From: Nemertoderma westbladi
Lineage: Eukaryota; Animalia; Xenacoelomorpha
Direction: 5' to 3'
Assembly (NCBI GenBank): GCA_032718475.1
Contig: JAUCBJ010007266.1
Coordinates: 1 to 59,286, forward strand
Length of the DNA stretch: 59,286 bases
This document shows, piece by piece, positions 35,145-46,624 of the stretch (within the stretch, counting starts at the first letter, position 1; each line of letters begins with the position of its first letter). The notes under the pieces are model-generated. The model was given only the letters and a program-made list of their open reading frames with translations. It made no database searches and was not told the origin of the DNA. A program made the translations under genes and the position numbers.

Positions 35145-36335
35145 TGTAAAAGCTTTTGCGTCATTAACCGGTTATTTTCCCTTAAAGTACTCTGTAGTTG
35201 GTTTGCCAGGCATAAAAAGGCCGTGTCCTTGCTGCACTGGTGTTTTAGAGGACATAAAAGTCATTTCCTCTGTATTTGTACTGTATTTGTACTTTAGAGG
35301 ACATAATCCGCAATCTCGTGACGCGATAAGCTAGATACTCTTGAAAACAGTGTCGCTACCATGACGACGGCTAGCAGCTGATATTGCCACGTCGACATTT
35401 CTTTGTTTCTTTGTTCTCTCGTTGTTCGGTTGACCAATCAGAGCGTTTTTTGTCTCTGTGTTGGAGGTGGATACAGAACTCAGTAGTTCAGTGTTTATGT
35501 TTTTGCTCAGAGCCTAAGAACATCGGCTTTTAGCACCTCCGTATATCAGCATTCTTTAGCTTTACATTAGTAGGCTTAATTATAGAACGTATATCTGTTA
35601 TCTTAACTAACTTAACCAAACGAGTTAATTACAATCTTATCATACATATCTATGCAATTCATATCTTACATTACTGCTTTTGCTGTTGGTTATTCGTTAT
35701 ATTTGTTGATGAATTATTATATCGGAATACTGATCAATAGTCAGACACCCCACCTTCTTGATATACTAAAGGTTAGAGAGACCGGTTACAGATAAACGAT
35801 TGCGACCTGTGTTTTTAGTGGTTTGAAGTGAATCTAATGCTATTTCATATGCCCAACATAAATTGTCTGTTGCCCTCTTTATACGTGACCAAATTTAGTG
35901 AAGGTCGGCAGATTAGTGTGCAGTATTGTGCAGCATTGTGTATGATTGTAACTGATAACAAAGCATCTCCTAAAGAATGCGCCATATACGTTAATCTATA
36001 GCCTTTTCGTTGTGTCTAGTTTAAGTCATAATTCTGTTTACATATTTAGAGCGCCACGTCCTAAAGGAACTGTTAATATTTCCCGAAAGTGAATAATATT
36101 TGTCAGAGATTATATATTACGATCAGTCGAATAATACGGTAGGCTTACACCATCAATCATTAAGCTCCGAACTCAGTCTCCCGGGTATATCCAACGGGTG
36201 AATGATTGCGCATAGACTGGCTTCGGCTAATGTAGTGTATCAAATACTTGTCATAAAGCTAAAGAATATATATCATCTAAAAGACATTCTAATTTTGGCA
36301 GGTTAAACTGTCAAAGGTCTTCAAAAGCGCAAACA
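35145..36335 (+). repeat. BEL/Pao 5' LTR (at least 1191 bp)
   Basis: Matches 49687-50875 except for about 3 substitutions and a 2-nt indel seen by eye. The true 3' boundary is uncertain. Confidence 0.88.
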
Positions 36336-36702
36336 ATAACAGATATTGCTTCTGGATTGCGGTGTAAGCAATCAAGTCTAAAGTACCGGTACCGGTTGAA
36401 CGGTAACCTGTACTGCTGTAGGCCTGTAGGCCCAACTGCCCGAACCGGTACTTACGGTACAGGTACATCAGTATTATTCGATTTTGATAATTATATACCG
36501 GTAGGCCTTAATAATTAATCAGGGACGGCCGCCCTGGTTTTTTATTGAGATTTTACTTGTTTCTGTCAAGTTTTATTTATTTGTAGGCCAGTATTGAGCA
36601 GAAGGCGTGTAAGCCTGCTCAGATTGTACAGATAATTTGTAGGCTTGACTGTTGGCTAACTGTTGATTAGGTCTGAACGGATTGCAGTGCATGTAGAGTG
36701 TA

Positions 36703-37200
36703 TGTCCGATAAAGAACGGTTAGGAAGTAGGGGCAGCCATAGCGGTAAGGTAAACCCCCATCTAAAGAATAAGTCGTACTACTGGGTTAGAACGCATACT
36801 ACTTAACCATTTTGGAGTCTGCATGTCCTGTGGTTTATTTAGGCCTGATAGGAGTCCGCCAGCGTTTGGTCTGTACTTTGTTTGTGTAGTCTGTACGGGT
36901 AGCGTATAATTTTATTTAGATAATTTGTAGGCTGGGTAGTTGTCTGGCTGCTGTTGGGTTTGAGGAAATTTCGGTGTGTGTAAAGCATCTGTCCGATAAA
37001 GAACGGTTAGGAAGTAGGGGCAGCCATCGCTGTAAGGTAAACCCCCATCTAAAGAATAAGTCGTACTACTGGGTTAGAACGCATACTACTTAACCATTTC
37101 GGAGTCTACATATACCGTAGTTTGTTTAGGCTTGATAGTAGTCTGTCAGTATTTGGTCTGCATTTTGTTTGAATGGTCTGTACGCGTAGCGTAATATTTA
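36703..37200 (+). repeat. Tandem duplication (~210-bp unit, 287-bp spacing) in the copy B leader
   Basis: TGTCCGATAAAGAACGGTTAGGAAG... occurs at 36703 and 36990. It is single-copy in element A (~17215-17420). Confidence 0.85.
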
Positions 37201-38516
37201 TTATTCAGAGTTTATGCGATTATTCGCAACATTCATATCCCCAAGTTTGTTCCTACAGTAATTGTGTTTGTTATACATACCGTTATAGTTAAACTAACCC
37301 CGGTACTATACGGGCTGCTTGGCGTAGGTAAAGACTGGTGATTTTGTGCACCGGTCACTCCAGCAGATGCCGTGGTTCTTTTAGCTGTTCAAGTATTTTT
37401 AACTACTAATTATTTGTTATACAAGTACTTGTACCTAATTTAGGGTTTAGTGTACAGTACTTTCCGAAAGTAATTAGTGTAGGCATTATATTTGTGTTGT
37501 AAAGTGGTTGATAGGCACGTACGTTAGCTCTATTAACTTCTAGGTAGGAACACTCCGTGATACATAACGTAGTACCTATAGCGATACGGCTATAGGTCGT
37601 CAGGCGGTAGTATTTTCCTATCTGGACAACGCAGTGTATTTACTACTACTTATTATTTTCAAATACCTTAGTACCCTGTCCGTTGTAATAACCAGATTTC
37701 TAACCCTTTGTTAGGCTGGTTAGTAGACTTCTTGTAAAATTACCCTAAAAATTCGTATTTGTGTATTTGTAATTAAATTTTTGTGTTTATTTAGAGATTG
37801 TAATCTCAGCCCGAATTGTACGTAATTTGTAGTATTAAGTAACTTAGGTAAATTAGAATTATTTGTTTTAGTGTCTAACAAGTAGCACTCCACTGAGAGC
37901 GCACAGCTTCTGTGTAGTGACTCCCCCAGAAATAATAACATTTATTTCAAACATTGACAAAACCCATTAAACGGGTATATATATATTATAAATCAACTCA
38001 AACGATTTATAAATAGTAGGCCTGCCATACAACAATTAGGTCTCAATATCAGTTGGACTACTGCTTAAATAACGGTAATAAAGTAAGTTAAAGTAACCAA
38101 GTAACCCTTAAAATTCAGAAATTCAATTATTTAAAATAATTGATATACCGGTATCCACGATAGGCCTATTATATATTTATATTTGTGCTGAAATCATACC
38201 GGTATTCTGTAATTAATTCTAGTTAATAATTATACTTATATATACTATAAGTGTAAACTGCATACCGGTATCCACGATAGGCCTATTATATATTTATATA
38301 TATTTGTGCTAAAATTATATACCGGTTTCTCTGAAAAACCTAGTCTGTAATCATACTTATATATACCATAAGCATACCGGTATTCTAATATTATATATAG
38401 CACGCTACACTGAGTAGCAGTATCGGTAATTAATTACTAGGCTAGCAGTTATTACTGAATTACTGGACTTGCTTAGACTGTAATATAGCAGTAGGCATTC
38501 AACTGGGTAAACAAAC

Positions 38517-39944
38517 ATGTCTGATACTAAGCAGAACCTGTCAGACAGTTTATTAGATGTAACTATCTGCGACTCAGATAAAGGTGTAGAACCGTCTACA
38601 CCTAAGTTCAGTTCACCTCCCACTGTGAGGAAGGTCATCCCTCCAGTAGTAATAACAGAACCTAGGCTGGTCCAACATCGTAGGTCTATCATAGGCACTC
38701 GAGCCCAGGTCAAGCGGGACCAAGAAGCAGCGGAACAGCAACAACCCGTGAGCCAAGAACTTATTTCTCAGCGGCCCGACAGCTCCAGTAGTGAAGATAC
38801 TGTAGAACTGACACCCGAGCGCGGAGCAAGGATGACGGATGCGGTTTATTCGGATCCCCTTCTCATCCTTCCTGCAGCCGTACTCACTAGGTTATTGATC
38901 GCGGTGGAAGAACACCAGATCGATTGGGCGAGAAGTAAGCGCTCAACTAAAGATAGTTATGAGGGATACACAAGGGAAGAACTGAAGTCTATGGTCGAGT
39001 CGCAATGGAACTTCCCCGGACCCGGACTCCCGTTTGATTTATCAGAGGCTGCCTGGGAGGACATACACCGGATGGGAGTGGCCAAGGAAACCATCGATCC
39101 AGCTGTGTGGAAGAGGTCCGCAGCCGGATACGCACAGGGATTCTTCAGCTCTATGGAGCGAGTAGAAAAACAACTGTTACAACAACCTCAAGGACCTCAA
39201 GAGCAGGGACAACTGCTTTATCAAGTTAGAGAAAGAATTCTGCGAATCAGGCTAATATTATCAGCCTTTGAAGAGGCTTCTAAAAGAAGACAAGACACGT
39301 CGTTGCAAGTTGCCGTAAAGACTTGGTTTCAACGGGTGAGTCGCCAGGTTCAAGGAACGGCTCAGTGGAAAGCCCAACTAGATGAGCGCTCAACCCATGG
39401 AGAATCAACAGACGCTACATTTTCCCAAGTTGAGAGTGAAGCGACAGCAGAGAAACCGCATAAGAGGGATGCTATTGATATCTATCTGTCGGACTATCAA
39501 CGTTTTGTAGGTGATGAAGAGCTGAGGAGAAGGCTAGAGGGACTTAGCCCTAATAGTGAAGGAGCCCAGCGTGTGTTGGACACAATCGATGTGGATAGGT
39601 TAGCTGCGAACCAAGCTAAATTCAATGAAAGTATCCGCATCGCCAAGGTTCAAGAAGAACAAGTAAAGAAAAAACGTATAGAAGACAGAAAGATAGCAGC
39701 AGCGGCAACAGCAGTGGCAGAAGCAGAAAGAAAGGCGGCAGTGGCAGAGGCAGAAAGAAAAGCGACCTTGGCAGAGGCAGCGGCAGAGGCAAAAGCGGCA
39801 GCGGCAGAGGCAAAAGCGGCAGCAGCGGCAGAAGCGGAAAGAAAGATAGCGGTGGCAGAAGCAAACGGAGAGCGTCTGAAGAGATCGCCCAACTGGAGTT
39901 GGAAAATCTTCAAGAGAAGCAAGATGACTTCAGTAAACAGTTAA
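38517..39944 (+). CDS. BEL/Pao Gag N-terminal extension (helical, Ala/Glu/Lys repeat), frameshifted from the downstream ORF at ~39863
   Basis: 475-aa ORF homologous to copy A 14312-15986, where the junction RRASEGTVQLELENLQ is continuous in one frame. Confidence 0.85.
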   Translation: MSDTKQNLSDSLLDVTICDSDKGVEPSTPKFSSPPTVRKVIPPVVITEPRLVQHRRSIIGTRAQVKRDQEAAEQQQPVSQELISQRPDSSSSEDTVELTPERGARMTDAVYSDPLLILPAAVLTRLLIAVEEHQIDWARSKRSTKDSYEGYTREELKSMVESQWNFPGPGLPFDLSEAAWEDIHRMGVAKETIDPAVWKRSAAGYAQGFFSSMERVEKQLLQQPQGPQEQGQLLYQVRERILRIRLILSAFEEASKRRQDTSLQVAVKTWFQRVSRQVQGTAQWKAQLDERSTHGESTDATFSQVESEATAEKPHKRDAIDIYLSDYQRFVGDEELRRRLEGLSPNSEGAQRVLDTIDVDRLAANQAKFNESIRIAKVQEEQVKKKRIEDRKIAAAATAVAEAERKAAVAEAERKATLAEAAAEAKAAAAEAKAAAAAEAERKIAVAEANGERLKRSPNWSWKIFKRSKMTSVNS

Positions 39945-42900
39945 CAGCTAGTAATATGCAGATGATGAATCGATCTACTCCCAAAAGACAGGGATATACA
40001 TCATCTGAGGAAGGCGATACCACCGACACTGAAGGCAAAGGAAATAGATCTCACCTAAGCAGACGCAAAAGAACATTCCACCGTCAGAAATTGCCTGATT
40101 TGCCTCCAGCTGTTAGAAGGCAACTAAATAACACCAACTTAGGTAGTACAGAACCCACAGACCAAATAATTACAATAGAGAGACTCCCTACTATAGTAGA
40201 TGAGCCGGAAATAATTAGGCCTGTTCCCGAAACCACCCTTTCGGTCGTAGAGACACCTGTACTCCCTGAACCTACCTCTCAATTCCCTTTGCACAGCACT
40301 AAGCTACCTGTGCCCAGCAGAACAGTCCGTGAGACAGTTCATACCCTGGACTCCGAGCGAAACATTCATGATTTGTCGCCCGTTGTCCCTCGTCCGCCCG
40401 CTACAATGTTGGCGAATCTCGCTTCGGCGGTCGAATGGGTGGATGAGAGACGACGGGGGATGGATCTCCTGCTCGGACAGATGCAGGAGACTGTTCAACA
40501 ATTCAAAGGCACAGTAAGGGAAAGTAGGCTAGAGTTGCAAGAAGTGCAGCAAAGTATCGCGCTAGAACGCGATAAATTAGTAAATACACAAAGGGGTATA
40601 CCACCACCCCCTGTAACAATGTGTCAACCTGTTAGGTCTGAAGTATCTCATGCGCAAGGTGTGGAGCCTACACGCATCTATACTGCTAGCGAAGTAGAAA
40701 CTCCTATAGTGAACCCTATTAAGGGTAATTATAGACCTGTTGATAATGATATTCCCTATAGACCGGATCATAATCCGAGAAATTTATATACCGATAACTC
40801 GATATTAAATAACACGATGGCCCAAGAAAGTTTTACGCGTCAAATGGCTAGAACCGAAGCCCGGCAAGCGGTAAAGGTGGGAGAGATCGTCAAGTTCAAT
40901 GGAGATGAGATGAAATGGTTACCTTTTAATGAATATTACAAAGATAACATACAGAACTCTGTGCTATCTAATGGAGAGAAACTTAGATTCCTCATCGAGT
41001 GCTTGGAAGGATCTCCCAAGTTAATGGCGTTAAAGTTTATTGGACATCCAGACGGATTAAGACAAGTTTGGGATACACAAAACATCAGGTATGGTAATAG
41101 GAATAACATAGCTGGGTATTTGTATGCAAAGTTGGTAGCGCCCCGAAAGTTTATTAGCAGCGGAATTATAGAGTTTTCCGATGAGATTCAGGAGATCTGC
41201 AGACAATTAGATTGGCTAGGTAAGTCTCATGAGTATCAGAATACTATGGTTATTAGAGCAGTGGCTTCTACTTTACCGAAGGGTGGAGTAGGTACACGCT
41301 GGGATAAGAAAGTGTTATATATGATGGAACAACAACGACGAGACCCTACCATGGCTGATCTCATGTCATTCCTAGATGGAGAAGTGAAATTACAGCTCCT
41401 GAAACTGTCCAGAGAGAAGACACTGGAAAACAAGGTAAGTGAAAAACCCGTCGCTAGGAGAAAGGTAACACCAGTGTGTTATACAGATGATGGCGAAAGC
41501 CAGACTTCTCAAGGAGAAGATAGCGGGAAAGACACTGACCGCGCTTATTACGTAAATAAAATGCCTAAAGATCAGGTAAGTAAATTCAAGTCTCGAACAA
41601 ATGACAGGAGAGAACAGGTAAGAAAAACTCCTCCTACGTCTCCCAAGAGAATTCAGGTGAGAAAGCCCGAAGAAAAAGCAAGTGTACACAATGTGACTCA
41701 GAGTAAGGTGAGTAACATCAAACCGAAATGTGCGCTATGTGATGGGACCCATCGCTTAAATATGTGTGATGAATTTCTAAAGAAATCATTAACTGAGAGA
41801 CGTGAAGTCATGTGGGACAAGCGGTTGTGCTATAATTGCCTCAGACAAGGACACCAACGGCGAACCTGTTACTCTGACACAAGATGTGCCAAGTGCGGTG
41901 CGAAACATCATATCTTGTTGCACACTGAATTCGAGCGAAATAATCCGAGTCAGGTAAGTGATTCCGAACTACATGTCCAATTCAGTGATGTGAACGACAC
42001 TGATCAATCTGAGATGGAAGGATTCTATACGGACGAGTTCTCCGACGAAAACGAATCCTGTTACATGATAAATACCACAGTGTATCGAGCACTCATCTAT
42101 GAAAAAGATACAGACATTGACCTCGCTCTAACCACTTCTGATCGACAACCATTTTGGAAAGCGCCAACTTCCAATGTAGGGATTAGAGAATTTCCTGTGG
42201 TACAGGTAAGGGTCCACGGACCGAAAAGGAGTTATGTAGTGAACGCCCTACTTGACTCCGGTAGTACAGGAACATTCATCGACAAAGAGCTAGCCGAAGA
42301 CATATTCGATGGACAACCCAAGTTCCGAACTAAGCTAAACATGTCAGGAATTATGCAAGTTTGGAAATCCACAGTAACAGCGGATTATTATATAGGTGCG
42401 TTGTCCACCCCCCAGGACGAGCTAGGAGAACATAGCATAAGGTCAGTGAAAATGGTGGCTATAAAGAACTTCGCTACTACTCAAGCAGACCTTTATAATT
42501 GGGACGAGGATGAGAGCATCCAACATCTTAAGATACCTCGATTCCAGACAGATTATCCTGGTGTGCAAATACTCATCGGTCAAAATGCGCATGAAGCGCT
42601 CGAGACATTAGAGAAACGACCTGCTCAACCGCAACCTCTACAAGTTTATGCGGGAAGAACTAGAGTAGGTTGGTACTTTACTGGCCCTTCCCGTAGAACT
42701 CTAATGGAAAGATTACCTAAAGATCAGGTATATCAAGCGCGAGAATGGGAAGTTGAGAACAGTGAGTGCGACGATCCAACTGAGGGAACTCCATACTCCT
42801 CAGACAACGACGATATACATCAACTTTTTGATGAGGAGAATGCCATCGATCTCCTTAAGGAAAGCGAGACTTGGCAAAATCAAGTGAACTTATGTCAACT

Positions 42901-45900
42901 CCTTCTCCCATCTGAGCGAGACGACTATAACGACGAGCTTAATGACGTTATTGAACGTTATAATGCCAAGACTCGGGATGAACACGCCGTGAGATTCTTT
43001 ACTCAAGAGGTCGTAGAGCCCAACTCCTACGATAAGGCCCTATCGGTGGAGGAAGAAAGAGCCAAGCAGATCCAAGCGACCACTACTCGTTTTCTTAAAG
43101 ATCAAGGTAGATATGAGATCGGTCTTCCTTTCCGAAAGCGAGAACCAAAGTTCATTAACAACAGACCTTTGGCAGAGAAAAGAATTGCTCAACTACATCG
43201 ACGCCTTACGGCAAATTCTTCAGCTAAAGAAATGTATAAAACACAGTTGAAGAAGTTTATTAGCAAAGGATATGCGGAGCTAGTACCGGAAGAAACACCC
43301 ATAACTGAGAGAACGTATTATTTAACTCACCATTACGTTCCCAAACCCGGTAAACCCCATGAAGTACGAGTGGTGTTTGACGGTTCCGCCCTTTATATGG
43401 GCCAATCTCTTAATTCTGAATTGTTACCCGGACCCAACTTACTCCAATCCTTGTTGGGAATATTATTAAGATTAAGACAATACTCCATTGCTTTCGCCTC
43501 AGATATAGAAGGCATGTTCTTACAAGTCAAAGCGCTGGATAGGGATCGAGATAGCCTACGATTTTTGTGGTGGCCTGAAGGAGACCTCAATAAGAAACCT
43601 GTGGAATACTGGATGACCATCCAAGCTTTTGGGATAATCTCGAGCCCTTCAAACGCCTGTTCCGTGGTGCGCACTACTGCGGATGACAACCGAGACGCCT
43701 TCTCTAAAGAAGTAATCGACAATATCAAACGAGACATCTACATGGACGATAATCTGATGTCCCTTCCATCAGTCGAAGAAGCCATTGAGGTCGCTAAAGG
43801 AACGGTAGCATGCTTAAAGAAAGGTGGATTTAGATTAACTAAATTCACCAGCAACTCCCGTGAGTTTCTGGAGTCGATCCCGGTAGAAGATCGAGGAGCA
43901 AAAGACCTAGATCTAATAAAGGATGATCTACCAGAAACTAAGACCCTTGGTTTGAAATGGGACACAGAAAGAGATATCCTGTTTTTCCAACTAAAACAGC
44001 GAGATAATCCAGTTCGGACTAAACGAATTTGTTTAAGTATCCTGAGCACTTATTTCGATCCATTGGGATTTATTAGCCCAGTTATATTGATTGCTCGGAG
44101 TTTAGTACAACAAATGTGGCTTGAAAACCACTCATGGGACGATCCACTTAAGGGAGAATTATTAAAGAAATGGATGAAATGGGAAGATTCTCTACCAGCC
44201 ATCGAAAACTTCATAATTTCCCGTTCATATTTTGGTCATGTTCTCCCTACGTATTCATATCAACTCCATGTGTTTGGAGACGCCAGCGATATGGGAATCG
44301 GTATAGTAGCCTACCTAAGGGTGGAAACTCCGGACGGAATTAAAGTCGCCTTGGTTACCTCTAAGGCATTAATAAACAACAAGTTGAAAGTTCCTCGAGC
44401 GGAGTTAAAAGCGGCTCTATACGCTACAGCCATCGGCCGGAATGTAACAGAACAGATCGACTATCCTCTGGAGAAAACTGTTTATTGGACCGACGCTTTA
44501 CTCGTGTTGGAGTATATAACCAATGAAGTCTGTCAGTTCAGCGTCTTCGTTACCAACAGAGTAGCTATTATACTCAGTCGCACGACGATGGATCAATGGA
44601 GACATTGCCCCGGAACGATTAATCCAGCGGACATCGCTTCCAGGGGAGCAACTCCCCAAGAACTGGTAGATACTCCAGACTGGTTAGGTGGACCCGACTT
44701 CCTCTACAAAGAAGAAGAAGAATGGCCTCCTCATCTTACTACAGCAGAAATTAGACAGGCCAAGGGAGCGGAGAAAGTCAAACCTAAAACTCAGGCGAGT
44801 AAATCGAAGTTATTCAAACCCACAGTAGATCTGTCTGTACTACATACTTCCGGAGACGAAGCTTTGGATCAGAAACCCACAGCCACAAATAAACTCGTTG
44901 TGGAAATCCGTGATAAGGATTGGAAATCTGGTATACCTGACATCTCGCAAGGACTCTCACCTCTTCTGCAGAGAGCGATACATCACTACAGTTCTTGGAA
45001 TCGGCTTTGTAAGGCCGTTACATATTTAAAGAGATGTTTTCACCATCACTACTCTGGGATGAAAACAAAGGGTGATAGCGCTCCAATCACATCAGTGCAG
45101 GTCCATGTTATTAAAGACCTCCCTAAATATAAGGTACCCGACAAGTTTCTGAAGGAGAAGATCAGTTATCAGGAGCATGAAGAAACCAACAAACAGATGC
45201 TGAGACTCTTACAATGCTATGAAGATTCCGATAAGTATTTCCTGTTGTTGAGAAATCCACAGATGCGCTTGAGGGATCGTTTCTCTAGCACAATGATAGA
45301 TGGGTTGATACGTGTTGGAGGAAGGCTAACGAATGCCCCATTATCCTTTGATACTAAGTTCCCCATACTCATTAGAAATCTTGAAATACAAGTCAAGATG
45401 ATTGTAGATGTTCACAGCAAACTTTATCATGCTGGTAGAGAACGAGTTCTTAGCGAAATTCGAACTCGCTATTATTTTTATAAACCCCGTAGAGCTCTGA
45501 ACCAAGTTCTTAGGAACTGTATACCCTGTAGGAAAGCATTCAGTAGGCCTTTAACACAGAGAGAGGCAGAATTACCTAGGGAACGAGTAAGCTTTTATGA
45601 ACCACCCTTTACTAATACCGGTGTGGATTTATTTGGCCCTATTGAAGTATATCGTGCTAGGACTATAGTCAAGAGATGGTGTGTAATCTTTGTTTGTATG
45701 ACTTGTAGAGCCATCCATCTCGATATGGTGAACGATTTATCTACCAACAGCTTTCTATTAAGCTTACGACGACAGATCGCCCGCTTTGGCACTAGTAACA
45801 CGATGAGATCTGATAAGGGAACAAACTTCATTGGTGCCAACAATGAAATCAAAGCTTACGTCAAAGATTGGAACCAAAGACAGGTGGACGACCAACTACG

Positions 45901-46624
45901 AGTAACAGCGTCTAGTTGGACCTTCAACGCCGCCGACGCCCCTTGGTGGGGAGGAAGTTGGGAGAGATTAATAAGAAGCGTGAAGACAGCATTTCATTTT
46001 ATAGTGCCTTGCCGCGCTTATCTCACCGACGAACTTTTGCGGACGTTAATGGAAGAAATCGCCGCCTATCTCAACGAGAGACCGCTTATGCCAGTCTCAT
46101 CGAGTCCCGATTCCCTGGAAGCGCTAACACCCGCGCACTTCCTACTGAAGAAACCTGTAGCCATGCTCCCACAATCGGAAATCACAGACGGAGACGAATA
46201 CTGCCGACAAACTTGGCAACTCATGCAGTTGTTATCCCGTCGTTTCGCTGACCATTTCGAAAAACATTATCTGCCCTCGCTACAACTTCGAACTAAGTGG
46301 TTTGCGCAGCAAGAAAACGTCAGCGCTGGAGACATGGTGCTTATTGTGGATGTGGATCTTCCACGTAAGCGGTGGCAGACGGGTCGTATCATCGAGACAC
46401 ACATCTCGGATGACGGTTTGGTGCGATCGGTAGAACTCGTCGTCATGCGACGTAACTTCAAGAAACCGGGAATTGTCTTCGAGACGCAGCAGCTCAATCG
46501 CCCGGTGGGTCGTTTATGTTTACTGGAAAGAGACAGAGAACTCTCCGGAAACTATGGGAGACAAGATACTCTTCCCACGACCACCTCCCTAATCCAACAA
46601 ACATCTAGGGACTCCCCAACTTAA
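39899..46624 (+). CDS. BEL/Pao Gag-Pol (Gag, PR, RT, RNase H, IN), uninterrupted 2241 aa
   Basis: KFNGD..W..F Gag core. Knuckles CALCDGTHRLNMC, CYNCLRQGHQRRTC and CAKCGAKHHILLH. ALLDSGS, VRVVFDGS, YMDD, LHVFGDAS, PRAEL, NPADIASRG, GVDLFGP, RSDKGTNF, GGSWERLI, and C-terminal YLPSLQLRTKW. Confidence 0.97.
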   Translation: MENLQEKQDDFSKQLTASNMQMMNRSTPKRQGYTSSEEGDTTDTEGKGNRSHLSRRKRTFHRQKLPDLPPAVRRQLNNTNLGSTEPTDQIITIERLPTIVDEPEIIRPVPETTLSVVETPVLPEPTSQFPLHSTKLPVPSRTVRETVHTLDSERNIHDLSPVVPRPPATMLANLASAVEWVDERRRGMDLLLGQMQETVQQFKGTVRESRLELQEVQQSIALERDKLVNTQRGIPPPPVTMCQPVRSEVSHAQGVEPTRIYTASEVETPIVNPIKGNYRPVDNDIPYRPDHNPRNLYTDNSILNNTMAQESFTRQMARTEARQAVKVGEIVKFNGDEMKWLPFNEYYKDNIQNSVLSNGEKLRFLIECLEGSPKLMALKFIGHPDGLRQVWDTQNIRYGNRNNIAGYLYAKLVAPRKFISSGIIEFSDEIQEICRQLDWLGKSHEYQNTMVIRAVASTLPKGGVGTRWDKKVLYMMEQQRRDPTMADLMSFLDGEVKLQLLKLSREKTLENKVSEKPVARRKVTPVCYTDDGESQTSQGEDSGKDTDRAYYVNKMPKDQVSKFKSRTNDRREQVRKTPPTSPKRIQVRKPEEKASVHNVTQSKVSNIKPKCALCDGTHRLNMCDEFLKKSLTERREVMWDKRLCYNCLRQGHQRRTCYSDTRCAKCGAKHHILLHTEFERNNPSQVSDSELHVQFSDVNDTDQSEMEGFYTDEFSDENESCYMINTTVYRALIYEKDTDIDLALTTSDRQPFWKAPTSNVGIREFPVVQVRVHGPKRSYVVNALLDSGSTGTFIDKELAEDIFDGQPKFRTKLNMSGIMQVWKSTVTADYYIGALSTPQDELGEHSIRSVKMVAIKNFATTQADLYNWDEDESIQHLKIPRFQTDYPGVQILIGQNAHEALETLEKRPAQPQPLQVYAGRTRVGWYFTGPSRRTLMERLPKDQVYQAREWEVENSECDDPTEGTPYSSDNDDIHQLFDEENAIDLLKESETWQNQVNLCQLLLPSERDDYNDELNDVIERYNAKTRDEHAVRFFTQEVVEPNSYDKALSVEEERAKQIQATTTRFLKDQGRYEIGLPFRKREPKFINNRPLAEKRIAQLHRRLTANSSAKEMYKTQLKKFISKGYAELVPEETPITERTYYLTHHYVPKPGKPHEVRVVFDGSALYMGQSLNSELLPGPNLLQSLLGILLRLRQYSIAFASDIEGMFLQVKALDRDRDSLRFLWWPEGDLNKKPVEYWMTIQAFGIISSPSNACSVVRTTADDNRDAFSKEVIDNIKRDIYMDDNLMSLPSVEEAIEVAKGTVACLKKGGFRLTKFTSNSREFLESIPVEDRGAKDLDLIKDDLPETKTLGLKWDTERDILFFQLKQRDNPVRTKRICLSILSTYFDPLGFISPVILIARSLVQQMWLENHSWDDPLKGELLKKWMKWEDSLPAIENFIISRSYFGHVLPTYSYQLHVFGDASDMGIGIVAYLRVETPDGIKVALVTSKALINNKLKVPRAELKAALYATAIGRNVTEQIDYPLEKTVYWTDALLVLEYITNEVCQFSVFVTNRVAIILSRTTMDQWRHCPGTINPADIASRGATPQELVDTPDWLGGPDFLYKEEEEWPPHLTTAEIRQAKGAEKVKPKTQASKSKLFKPTVDLSVLHTSGDEALDQKPTATNKLVVEIRDKDWKSGIPDISQGLSPLLQRAIHHYSSWNRLCKAVTYLKRCFHHHYSGMKTKGDSAPITSVQVHVIKDLPKYKVPDKFLKEKISYQEHEETNKQMLRLLQCYEDSDKYFLLLRNPQMRLRDRFSSTMIDGLIRVGGRLTNAPLSFDTKFPILIRNLEIQVKMIVDVHSKLYHAGRERVLSEIRTRYYFYKPRRALNQVLRNCIPCRKAFSRPLTQREAELPRERVSFYEPPFTNTGVDLFGPIEVYRARTIVKRWCVIFVCMTCRAIHLDMVNDLSTNSFLLSLRRQIARFGTSNTMRSDKGTNFIGANNEIKAYVKDWNQRQVDDQLRVTASSWTFNAADAPWWGGSWERLIRSVKTAFHFIVPCRAYLTDELLRTLMEEIAAYLNERPLMPVSSSPDSLEALTPAHFLLKKPVAMLPQSEITDGDEYCRQTWQLMQLLSRRFADHFEKHYLPSLQLRTKWFAQQENVSAGDMVLIVDVDLPRKRWQTGRIIETHISDDGLVRSVELVVMRRNFKKPGIVFETQQLNRPVGRLCLLERDRELSGNYGRQDTLPTTTSLIQQTSRDSPT

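Noticed and set aside
35005-35334. 109-aa hydrophobic ORF
   Set aside because: It spans the junction between the palindrome and the BEL LTR, so it is a chimeric chance ORF with a non-ATG start.
39855-39944. Programmed ribosomal frameshift between ORF 38517-39944 and ORF 39899-46624
   Set aside because: Copy A reads through this junction in one frame. B lacks one base at ~39863 (GCA AA CGG) and shows no slippery heptamer, so it is a private indel or an assembly error.
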